A stretch of 63,935 nucleotides of DNA, counting the filler, from Rozella allomycis CSF55 (lineage: Eukaryota), in the NCBI GenBank assembly GCA_000442015.1. It is 5 parts of 5 records of this genome, joined end to end, with 100 filler letters (N's around TTAATTAATTAA, not from the genome) between each part and the next. Parts side by side here need not be neighbours in the genome. Positions count along the whole stretch, not along the records: positions 31,913 to 58,511 come from KE560403.1; 4 more parts are not named here. One strand, 5' to 3'. Made by a program: the position numbers and the translations under genes. The notes under the pieces were generated by a model. It was not told the origin of the DNA. It did not search any database and worked only from the letters and a program-made list of their open reading frames with translations. This document shows, in pieces, positions 35,275 to 46,549 of this stretch. The stretch's first letter is position 1, and each line of letters opens with the position of its first letter.

Positions 35275-35909
35275 ATGATTCATGTATGTCTTGGTACGAT
35301 TGTAATCAATTTCAGGAAAGGAATGCCCAATCTATTGATAGCTAACAAAAAAATAATTCGTGATATTGGGAATATTTTCGGCATTTTGGGATGTGATGTT
35401 AATAAGTGGCATGTGAATATAACATTTGTTGGAAATGCTTACATGAAAATGCTTAACAGAACATACGCGGAAAAAAACAGGGCCACAGATTCGCTCGCTT
35501 TCCCCTATATTCAAGTAAAATGAATTATAGACACATTTGAGGTCCACAAATTTGAGACTTTGATGCATAATCCTATTTCTGAAGATCCTAATCAATCAAT
35601 ATTGGGAGACATATATGTTTCTTTGCCATATATAAAAGCCTACTGTCAAAGATATGGACGAGATTTTAACCGAGTACTACTGAAGACTATAATACATAGC
35701 GCGACCCATTTAATGGGTTTTGATCATTTAAATTAAATCAAAGAGATTTAATACAGGTAATGATACTAAGCGTTAATAATTTGATGAAACGAGTAGAGAG
35801 AAAGGCAAGAAAGAAACTTTTTGAAGTCATCGAGATCACACCAAAAACTGTTTATAGACCTCAATATATTCGTTATTTCGGAAAGACAAAGATTTTTAAG
35901 TCGCTTTGA
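35275..35909 (+). CDS. YBEY: YbeY endoribonuclease, with an apparent frameshift just after the metal-binding motif
   Basis: LNRTYAEKNRATDSLAFP, LGDIYVS and IHSATHLMGFDH (H-x3-H-x5-H). A TTAAA duplication at 35728-35737 gives an immediate stop; the downstream frame continues ...MKRVE. Confidence 0.8.
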
Positions 35910-36058
35910 ACACCATGAATGATGGAACACCTATCAGCTTTCTTGAACAAATAAAAACTTGATGACTTTTTGAACAAACAAATAGAGACTTGATGATTTT
36001 TCGTTTTGTATTTCTTTTCTTACTTCCGATTTCAAAACATAAACAAAAACAAAAACAA

Positions 36059-36528
36059 ATGCCAAAATCAAAAACCGCAAACACTAGAACTAGGACATCA
36101 TTTTCTTTGGAACAAAAATTGGACTTGCAAGAATCTTTCGCTAAAAATCATAATTTAAGCCGCAGCGAAATTCAAAGACTAGCGCTAAAAACTAATTTAG
36201 AGCCCAAGGTCATTCAGACATGGTAATATTAATAGATAGTATTAATAGGTTCCAGAATCAAAGAAGTCGACAGAAAAAGACAAAGCGCAGATATAATTGG
36301 CATATACTTCATCCCGAAGATATCAAGGACACAAATTTTAGTCATAATCTCATGTCTAATGAATGCCATGATTTCATATCGCAATTGTACGAGGAAATTA
36401 CTAGCAATGAAAATGAATATCCTACAGATATCCATTCAACTAAAGAGCTCCTTTGTAATGAAAATTTCAAATTAGATCATTGCATATATCGCGAATCAGA
36501 AAGTACGTCCAATTTATGGGGCTATTAA
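36059..36528 (+). CDS. Homeodomain transcription factor (non-TALE, Q50)
   Basis: RTRTSFSLEQ...LQESF...LALKTNLEPKVIQTW|FQNQRSRQKK across one 26-nt intron. Confidence 0.9.
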
Positions 36529-36596
36529 ACTGGGATCATTAGTCAATTAAAATTTTGATTTTTTGAAATAAATGAACATTTTATTTTTAATGGATA

Positions 36597-38966
36597 TTAA
36601 TTGACGGACCACTAAATAGTTGTTCATTACATTCATTACCTCCATTAAACAAGAGTCCATGCCACCAGCACTTAGTAATGTTTTACCGTCTTTTGTGAAG
36701 CGAACGTTTGTGACAAGAGCTGAATGTCGTTTATATTCTTGAAATAGCTTCTAAATTTTTATAGCTAAAGGCTTTTACTTGGTCTGCAGGAAAATTAAAA
36801 ATGCGTACAACCCCAAAGTCGTCTCCTGATGCAATGACCTTTTTTGATGTGTCTACATCGCAAGAGTTAATCTACATGAAATGAATTCAGCAAACTCTTT
36901 TACGTCGGTAGCATCCATTCCAGACTGCCAAATACCCTGAGTCGCCCAGCTTCTTGTACAAGTATTTGTCGCCCACGAAATATCCTTTAGTTCAGATAAT
37001 TTCTTTTCCTGGGTGCCACTGTCCAAGTTCCCTGATTGAAAAAAAACATTTGTGTAATACAATATAATACTTCACAATCGGTGCTATTTGATATTAGATA
37101 TTTTCCATTGGAGGAAAAGTCAACATGAATTACATGGCTAGTATGTCCCTAACTTTACAAACCAAAAATAGCGTAACTTGAAGGCTTGCTTTTAAGACAA
37201 ATGGCTGCTTTGACGAATCATATATATTAATCGCAAAATTTTTGGAACAAACCGCTAGTCGCGTACCGTCGGGTGAGAATTTAACTTCTGTTATAGGCGA
37301 GGTGCTATCCTTTATGGTAAATAATACGTCCAGTTTGTGCGAGTTAATGCATACTACCTATATTTAATAAATCATTGCCTTTTACTTGGCCATTATCCAG
37401 TCCTGCCGCTAAGATTACCCCTTTGTTATTGTATTCACAGCATTTCACTTTGGCATCAAACTTAGTAGAGTGAATCATTGTATGAGAAACAGTATTCCAA
37501 GTTCTGAGAGTACCATCATCAGAACATGATGCAAACGTGTTTTTGTCATCAGGGTTAACAGATAGTCCCCAGATTTCTTGAGCCTCAATGCCTCTATGCC
37601 CCTTTGTATCAAATATAACTTATTTCTTACATTCATAAACACTTTTGAGCTTCCAGTTTTATGATCAACTAATGAGAGAGTTGAGTCCTCGAAGCCTACA
37701 ACTAATTCAGAGCCCAAAAAGTCAAAGCTTCTCACAGCTTGCCTCTCCTTAATAGTCCCCACATTCTTTAAATCTATACAATTAATTTTTTCATATGTCA
37801 TGTTAAATGTATTGATTAGACAATCGCCTCCTCCTGTCAACAACATGTCTCCATGATAAAGGATGTTATGTACAGGTCCATCATGAGCAGGAATCGATTT
37901 AAATACTTTATGATCTTTCCAAATTAGTATGTTTCCAGACGTCGTTCCAGTGGCAACCATGGAATCAGTAATATGTGCGATGGAAAGTAAAGTCTAGTTT
38001 TCTGATGGCTTTAAATTTGTACAGATATTTTATTTTTATCCCCAAAAATACCATTTTTCCCGGACAACTCTTGATTTGTATCGTTAAACGACCAAAATTT
38101 GTATAACTTTTCACCAACAGTTATAAATTCATAATTACTTAGCGGATTGAATGCAACATTAAGAATTCTTTGGGAATGTCCATGTACTTTACATATTGGA
38201 TAACTATTTCTTTCCCAGTCATAAATAAAGATCTATCAAATATGAAATTGACCACCAGTACTGTATGATTGTCGTCATCTCCAACTGCAACTAAGTACTT
38301 TCCGCTTGGTGAAAATGTCAAAGAACATATTGCTCTAACTTTGTCTGTAGTTAAAATTTTGATTGTTGGAATAGATTGATCAACAACTTGAGATGCTTCG
38401 CTGTAAATATGAATAGATGGTTCTTCCCCGACTAACGTTAATTAATTTAATGATTAGATACCTTGACCAGAAGCAATTAGGCCTGATTCCGGATGATAAG
38501 CAATAGAAACAACATCATCAGTGTGATGTGTGTAGAATATCTGTTTCCTTTCTTTAATGTCCATGAAGACGACGCAACCCGCGGCCGGGTAAATAACTCT
38601 ATCACTTTTCTTTCTTGAAAAGAAAAGGTTATTTCTGCATTTCTTGATTCTGTATCCATATATATAGTTGAGATTTAATTTTTTCGCAACATGAGTGATA
38701 TTCTTTTGTTGTTTATAGTCATGCGGAGTAATTATTTCATGCTTCCACGTATCTTTTAAAGATATCTTGGGCTTGGATTCTTTTGGATTGTATTTTCTGG
38801 GACCGTGTTTTGCAACATGACCTGGGTCATCATCTGACGACTCGATCTCTTCGATTTCTGATGGCTCTAATTTTAAATCTTTTTCATTATTCTTTTTAAA
38901 TTTAGGTTCCTGAATTTTAGACGCTTGTTCCAAATCTGAACCAGAACAGGGTATACTAATGGGCAT
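36597..38966 (-). CDS. EML/EMAP-like microtubule-associated protein (HELP + WD40)
   Basis: LNLNYIYGYR..CRNNL, HTDDVVSIA, GHTSHVIHVDF, SWATQGIW, ASGDDFGVVRIF and HSALVTNVRF. Confidence 0.9.
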
Positions 38967-38973
38967 CTGTGTG

Positions 38974-38987
38974 GTTGCTAAGTAAAG
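38974..38987. promoter_or_regulatory. X-box/RFX-like motif upstream of EML-like gene
   Basis: GTTGCTAAGTAAAG, 7 nt from the ATG. Confidence 0.45.
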
Positions 38988-39006
38988 GAATATAATAATT
39001 TTGTGT

Positions 39007-40199
39007 TTAAACTGATTTATTTGGATCGTGTTTTCGCTTTCTATGATAACTTGATTTAATGTGAGCGTTCCATTCACTTAGACCAATAATAATTTTTTCA
39101 GGGCATTTAGGACAAAGATATCGTTTTACTTCCGTTTTGAGGATTTTTTGCATTTGAAGGGTAGGAACTCCACCGTTAAACCAAGTTTCCACACTCTCGT
39201 ACAACCTGGATGGATCGTCTAGGCTGAATTCATCAACTAGTATGTCCTTGTCCTGGCAATCTGGAATTAATTTATTCCTGAACCAGCTCTGTTGCTTTCT
39301 AGCGTATCTCTTTGTATTCACTTGAATTTTCTGTATGAGTTCTTCAAGATTATAGATTTTATTAAGGTAAGAAACAATTTCTCGAAAACCTTAAAAATTA
39401 TAGGAAGATAAGATACCAATGGACTGAAATATAGAGTCAGTAAAGTCAATGTCATTCTTGTCTATCTTGTTAGAATCTAAAAATCTTTCAACTTCTTCTA
39501 CAGCGCCGTTCTACATATTTATGACCGTCGCGTCTTACCTGAATCATAAATACTGCGCGTTTGTCAATTTTCAAATCCAAAATCTCTAAATCTCTTTTTA
39601 TAATGACAACCATCGCATTTGGATATCTAATTATCGTTTCGTCTTTACTATTTTTCTTTTTTGAAAGTCTCTTTCATCAAATTTATACCGTTTTACTTTT
39701 AAAGCACTTTTTATTTTCCTTTCATCATTCGGATGATACCTATCTGCCTCTTCAGGACACTTATTCTTCAACATTTCGTATAAATCATCATTATCACATT
39801 CAAAATTAAAAGATTCATTTGTTTCATTATCAGCTGTGTAATTATCAAATAGTAAACTCTGAATGTAATAATTTGTTCCCCCAACAACAATTGGAAGCTT
39901 ATTTTGTCCCAAAATTCCTTGAATCTTTTACAATGATGACTATAAGTTACTATTGAAACGACTCTATCTGTATATATTTTCACATTAAATTCAGAATTCC
40001 AAGCAATTTCATTAAACATGTGATGTGGAACGTTTTTCATTTCATCTGCAGAAATTTTGTTAGTTATGATAGATAAACCTTTCAAACACTGCATCGCATC
40101 TGCATTAATGATTTCTCCGTTATATTTTAAAGCAAGTTGAACTGCCAAGTCAGATTTGCCAGAGGCTGTTGGGCCGCAAATAAATAAAATCTTTGACAT
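39007..40199 (-). CDS. MOD5: tRNA dimethylallyltransferase (Mod5/TRIT1)
   Basis: GPTASGKS, INADAMQ, ITNK, PIVVGGTNYY, QSIGFRE, TKRYARKQ..W and a C-terminal zinc finger. Confidence 0.95.
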
Positions 40200-40276
40200 G
40201 TGGCTTGATCAGTGAAACTGCTGAAAACTAGGTTGAAATAAATTCAAGTTTTATTGATCATTTAAGATTAGTGGTG

Positions 40277-40285
40277 GTTGCCAAG
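40277..40285. promoter_or_regulatory. RFX half-site upstream of CCDC96
   Basis: GTTGCCAAG, 5 nt before the ATG. Confidence 0.45.
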
Positions 40286-40290
40286 TTGAG

Positions 40291-41937
40291 ATGGAAGAGC
40301 AGGATCCCGCAAACGTAAGGAAATATATGTGTTGAAAACGAGTCGAATCTTGTCGATTTGTCATCGGCAGAAATACCTATTCCTATTAAAAATCAAGAAG
40401 AAGTTCAAGAAGAAGTAAAGGAAGAAGATAATGAAATTGCACAATCAGAGCAAGATAAACATAATTCCGCTGAAACTAAACCACCCACAGGAATATCTAG
40501 CAATTTAGAATTACGTGATACAAATATATCCGTTTCAAAAACTGTATCAGAAGAAGACATTGATCATTTCCATAAAATGGCTTCATATGCAAAGGTTGAC
40601 CCTTCTAAGAGGGGATATGATTCATTCACTTTGAAAGAGGCATTGAATCAAGTATCTTCGCTGAATGATTTGGCGTCTCTTCCTTCATTGCAAGAATTGT
40701 ATAATCTAGTGCGTGCTAAATCTGCCAGTCAAATACAAAAAGAAAAGGAGGAGCAAGAAGTTGCAGAAAAGAAGATTAAAGAGGTTGAAGAGGAAAATAA
40801 TCGAAAGATGAAGATTGAAGAACAAGATAGATTGTTAAAGATGAGAGTTGACAAGGACGAGTTATTGAATCGATTCCAGACGCTTCTTGATAGGAGAGAC
40901 AAGGCGAAATTGAAGAATTCAAGTCTGCAGCATCGATTGGGTGAATATTTCAAGAGAAAACGGGTATTTTATTACAATCAAACACATGATAGGCTGATGA
41001 AAGTAATAGGGACTCTGATAGATCTGGGAGTGATTGGGACCAAAGATATGCCAATAATTTACAAACTCTTGCTGAGCTAAGGATAAAGTTTGATCAAATT
41101 GCATCATCAAACAATAAAGTTGTGGTCGATTTGAAACAGGAATTAGAAACTAAACGAGCGGAGACTGAAGGATATGAAAAAGATTTCTTAAGAGCGAGAA
41201 AGAATGCTCTTTGTTCTTCAGAAAACGGAAGAACTGGAAAAAAGTTGCCGCCAAAAGTAAATTGTAGTTTACGAAATTTAGGAGGTTATTGAAGCGTTAG
41301 AACTAGCGGATTCTAAAAAGACCCAAGAAGTTGTAGCAATAAGATTGGAATATATAAAATTAAAGAATAAAATCAAGAGACAGGAACAAATTTTGAAGCA
41401 AAGGGAGGATTTGGGAGAAGGATTGCATTTGATTGATTTTGAGCAATTGAAAATAGAAAATCAAGCCTACAATGAAAAAATTGAAGAGAGAAACGAAGTA
41501 AAATATTAAATGTATTACAAAAGGAAATACTAAAGCTTAAAAGAAAGATTACTGTGATTGTTCAAATATTAACTCACATTAAAGAAAAGTTGAATTATAT
41601 TGAAGGGGATAACGAACGTAGAAATGCAGACCTTCAAGTTCTTGATTCCAAAGCAAATGAATTGAAGGATCGTTTACCAATTTTAAAAATGAAGAGAGAT
41701 TCCTTAAGGGCGCACAACACTTTGCTCCGTCAAAAGAACGGCCTCCTTGGCAATAGAGATTTGTTAAGAGATTATGAAAACAAAAAAGACAATTGTGAGA
41801 AATTACAAAAGGATGTCAAGCAACTTAAAGATAATTACGAATTCTTAACAAGCAAGCATAATGAAGTGAAAAGACAAATTCAAAAGATTCAAATTAAACA
41901 CAGAGTTGGAAACTTTGGACTTCTTCAATCAGTCTAA
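40291..41937 (+). CDS. CCDC96: Ciliary coiled-coil protein CCDC96/CFAP184-like
   Basis: GEGLHLIDFEQLKIENQAYNEKIEERNEE, ILTHIKEKL and LLRDY. Confidence 0.88.
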
Positions 41938-41956
41938 AAATAAAACCTTTTCTTTA

Positions 41957-43419
41957 TTAAAGTTTTGATGAACCCTTCAATTTCTTAAACAAGGGTTCCA
42001 ATGTCATAGCTAACATCATGGCACCCTTAATCTTCAATTTTCCACTGGCAAAAGCCTTTTGTCCTTTTTAATTTGATATATTCGATATACCAGAAAGTTT
42101 CCCAGAATAAAGTGCCATAAAATCTTCATCTTTCAATGTAATTGAAATGTCAGGCTTTAGATCACCTGCGCCACGAAAGATCTTCCCACTCTTTTTCAAA
42201 TCTAAGATCCATTTATCTTCCTTTTCGTCTCCCTTAATAATAAATTCTAAAATTCCATTAATCTTTGCAAGTACAATTAAATTCTTTACAGATTTCATCA
42301 GAGATTTCTTTTCAAATTCATTCATTAAAGAGAACTGTTTCTCCATTTCATTAAAGGCTAAATTAGATTGTAGATCCACAGGTTTGGGTGACTTTATATC
42401 CTTTTTGTTTCTATTTGGCAATTCATGTTTATATCCCTCGTCAAGAAAGAAATCTGGAAGAAAATCTTTATTTCCAGGAGTTGTTGCATATTGTTCGAGG
42501 GGTATGCTTTCATTCTTTAACAATTCTTCATCAATTGCAAATATCCCCCTAAGTAATCAAGAAACTTCAATGTAATGTACGTGTAGGACGCAGGTTGGGA
42601 GAGAAGAATGTAAGCAGCATCAGCCATGATTTCAGGCTTACGTCCCTGTGTTCCCATTTGTTCCTTGTTGCCTATAGCTTGCAAAGCGGCGGTATCAATC
42701 ACAGTCTTCGGCCACAGTGCGTTTACAGCAATGTTCTTTCCATTTAACATATTAGATTTACGTATGACTTTAACTCTCCGGCTAAGCCTAAAACTAACAA
42801 AGACATTCCATATTTTGCAATGGAATAGGCTACATGAGGAGCGAACCATCCTATCTCGCATGTTCAACCATCTTACTTTCCGAAATGCACAGTGGCGGGG
42901 ATATCATTAGTATCTTTGGAGAGCTTGATTTTTTCAAATATGGAATGGCATGCTTTGACATTAAAAATGTACCTCTTAAATTGATTTGGTTCATCAAATC
43001 AAATTTCTTTGAGGTTGTTTCTTCTGTAGATGTTAGACTAATAGCACTTGCATTATTTATCAATATATCTATTCCACCAAATCTAAATCCATGCATTTAT
43101 TTATCATTTACCTTGCTACAGTTTTTTCAATTGCATTCTTTATTTGCTCCTCATCTCGAATATCACATTGAATCGGTAAAGCTTTGCCTCCAATCTTTTC
43201 GATTTCTTCAGCTGCAGAGTAAATTGTTCCTGGTAACTGTTCAAAGTAATTCCAATTCATTACTTTTGGGTTAGGATCAGCTGTTTTTGCTGCAATCGCA
43301 ATATTGGCACCTTCTTGAGCCAATCTTTTCTATATTAACGCAATTAATTACCTCAACGCTATGGCTTTTCCGATTCCTCTTGAAGCGCCAGTAATTAGAA
43401 CTGTCTTTCCCTTGAACAT
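41957..43419 (-). CDS. HSDL2: Hydroxysteroid dehydrogenase-like 2 (SDR + SCP2, peroxisomal)
   Basis: TGASRGIG, AAKTADPNPKLPGTI, NNASAI, YSIAKYGMS, RKPEIMADAA, SCP2 domain and C-terminal SKL. Confidence 0.93.
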
Positions 43420-43589
43420 TAAAATTGAGAATTTTCAAATGGATGAAATACACTTCTATGAAGGTCAAAATGTAATGGCGAAGAATTGTTTAAGTGTAAA
43501 TATGCTGAAAAAGGAAACTTAATGAATCTCTAAACCTCTACATTGACATTGTACAATATTTTTTCTAATATACATGGAACATATCATCT

Positions 43590-44536
43590 TTATTCATCAA
43601 CTTTGACATACATATTCGGCTTAGAAAACTTGGCAATATCCTGTTCAAGGGCCTTTAGTTGGTTTTCAATACCTACTTTTCTATTTATTACTCGCCCAAA
43701 TAATCATTACCGGTTAATTTTTGGGATGGTATCTACAGTCAAGGATAACTTCTGGTAATCGGTGTTAAGTTTGTTCAATTTCGCCTGAAGCCCAGCAAGA
43801 ATGCTCAAACGCTCTTCTTCAGGGAGTAACTGGTATTGCTTATTTTCATTAGCCAGAGCTTCTTCTCTTTGTCTCTGCACTTCTTCATTATGTCTTTCTT
43901 CTTTTCTTTTATCCAAGTATTTGGGATTCTTCCCATAATCTTTCTTGGTCAAATAACTGTATGGTTCCTTGGGGACTTTCTGTGGAGCTTAATATGTATA
44001 AATAAAATCTTATACTTGAATTGATTATATTAACTGCATTTGTGGTGACAAAGTCCATGCTAGTCGGCTTTGGAATTACTGGACTCTCCTTCTTTGACGG
44101 AACGCTAGGACGAAGTCCTTTATCAGCATAATGAAACTCTTTCGCTAGTTTGACAAACAAACTGAACATTTACGTTGAGGTAATCGTGGCTCTTTGGAAT
44201 GCTTTTTGAGAAATTCCTTTGGTGGGNTTTTAACAAACAAATTGAACATTTACGTGGAGGTAATCGTGGCTCTTTGGAATGCTTTTTGAGAAATTCCTTT
44301 GGTGGGTTAACCTTAACTTTGACAGGTCCCATTGACGCTGCTGGTTTAGTTCCCGTTGTATATTCGCTTTTGGCCATATTGGAGAAGATTGATTTGTACA
44401 AAGGTGGATGTGGTTTTTCTGGTACCACTTCGGGTATAAGACGATAAACTGATTCTTGAAATGGGTCATCTAACACCGATGAAGAATTGGTATATTTTTC
44501 AGCTTTAACTGGATCTCTTGGAATAACAATTGTCAT
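43590..44536 (-). CDS. ENKUR: Enkurin (flagellar microtubule inner protein)
   Basis: ESVYRLIP...YKSIF, MGPVKV...PKEFLKKH, DFVTTNA, KDYGKNPKYL and EERLSILAGL. Confidence 0.9.
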
Positions 44537-44539
44537 TGT

Positions 44540-44556
44540 GTTTCTTAGTTACCATG
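44540..44556. promoter_or_regulatory. X-box/RFX-like motif upstream of enkurin
   Basis: GTTTCTTAGTTAC overlapping GTTACCATG, 3 nt from the ATG. Confidence 0.5.
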
Positions 44557-44694
44557 CATTCAAACATTGCTCTTAAGGAGTTAAACTGATGTCACAGTTT
44601 AATTAGACCTTCTTAATTCGCTCGAGACTTTCTCAGATGAGTTTCGAATCAAGAAACATCATTTAGAATTTTACCTACATTCCAAGTTCCAAGA

Positions 44695-46413
44695 ATGGCA
44701 TTTTTCGCATTCGCCCTGAAGTTGGTGAAGCATTCACCTTGTTTTATTTATTGCGATTCTCAAAATATTTCAAAGCCAATACATGAGAATAGACCATTTG
44801 TTATCAAGAAACTACGATTTGCAGATGTTATTCCTAAAAGGCCACAGAATTTCACCCTATTTAAAAGATGCATTAGGCTAGCAGCATTTTTTATTCCTTT
44901 GTTAATATCTTACCCATTNGGAATTTCACCCTATTTAAAAGGTGCATTAGGCTAGCAGCATTTTTTATTCCTTTGTTAATATCTTACCCATTCTTTAAGC
45001 CTTGTAAAATAGTTTGGTACAAATGGTTCAAATGGACCCTTAGCAGGAACGGTGCATGCTTTATAAAGTTGGGTCAATGGCTGTAAAATATATAATATAT
45101 GGAAAAAGAGCAACACAGACTAGTATTGTTGGTAAAGACTTTGCTCGTATTTTATGTGACCTTCACGATTCTGCTTATGTTCATATCATGGATGAGAAAG
45201 CAATTCTTGGAATAAAGGGGTTAATCAATGTTGCAGTAAAACCGATTGGAGCAGGATGCATCGCTCAGGTAACATAATCTATTGAAATGTATAGGTTCAC
45301 AAGGGTGTGTGGAATGCTGATGGTGTTTTGCAAGAAGTTGCTGTAAAAATCAGACATCCGAAAGTGTACGAAAATGTAGTTTGCGATCTCACTATTATAT
45401 ATGAAGCATTCAAAATACTAGAGAAATTGCCAATAATCCAATCAATTCTCAGAAAGGAGCAGATTCTTGTTTTTGGCAAGTCAATGATGGAGCAAATAGA
45501 TTTGCGCAACGAGGCTGCTCATATGAATATTTTTAGAGAAAATTTTAGGAAAGAAAAGGATGTTAGTTTTCCTCGAATCTTGTACTGTGACAAGTCAACT
45601 ATTGTCGAGTCATTTGAACCCGGCACATCGTTAATGCAGTTAAAAGAACATTTGGACGAAGAAGCAAAAGAGAAGATTGTTTTCAAGACGTTAAAGGCCT
45701 TTATCAAGATGTCTATTGTTGATAATTTCACGCATGGTGATCTGCACCCGGGAAATATTCTAATACGCTTCCAGCTGAAACGAGCAAAGAAGTTTTGGAA
45801 CCGCTTTTGGGATGTAAAATCAATACCATTTTTCGATTTCTGTGGAGAAATGGATGCAATGCCGCTTCCTTTTGCTAAACCAAGATTACAAGAAACTTTA
45901 GAGTCACCAAAAGAAATAGAAACAGGACTTGAAAAGTACCCAAAGGACTATGAACCATGCCTTGTAATTTTAGACACCGGCCTAGTGACAAGACTCGAGC
46001 AAGAGCAATACACCAATCTTCTCCTACTCTTTTATTCCCTGATCCTAGAAAAGAATTCCGAAAACGCAGCCAATTTAATCCTGCGCCAAGCGCATCAGGG
46101 CGACTGCCCGAACATCAGCCATTTCCTTGTCGAGATGCCGATTCTGATTGACAGACATTTGAGAAACGGTGCTGTTCCCGATATGACTGATATTCTCGGC
46201 GAGGTTGTGTCGATTGTGAGGAAGAGCGGGGTGGTATTGGACGACAAGTTTTTGGGACTGTTGATTGGGTATCTGGTGCTGCAGTGGGTGGGAACGGATA
46301 TTGCGCGGGGTGTTGATGTCAAGGATGTTGCGAGGAGTGTGCATGATGAGTATCTTTGTAATCATAAGCCTTGGATTAAGATTATTGAAGAAAAGTATTC
46401 ACAAAAATTGTAA
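44695..46413 (+). CDS. ABC1/UbiB atypical kinase (ADCK2-like)
   Basis: FIKLGQW, PIGAGCIAQVH, VAVKIRHP, QIDLRNEA, HGDLHPGNI and LDTGL. Confidence 0.9.
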
Positions 46414-46549
46414 AGTTAATATTAATGTATTAGAATATAAAATTTATTTAATTATTTAAATTTTCAAATCTTTTTACATTCTTCTGCATTCTCTATCCAT
46501 CTTGCAACTTACTCTGTCAGTGGCTTGAGCAACCCCTGCAATAATTTTT

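Noticed and set aside
35240..35300. Possible CG-ending intron upstream of YbeY
   Set aside because: The donor GTCTAA is weak and an in-frame ATG at 35275 makes the intron unnecessary; there is no homology support.
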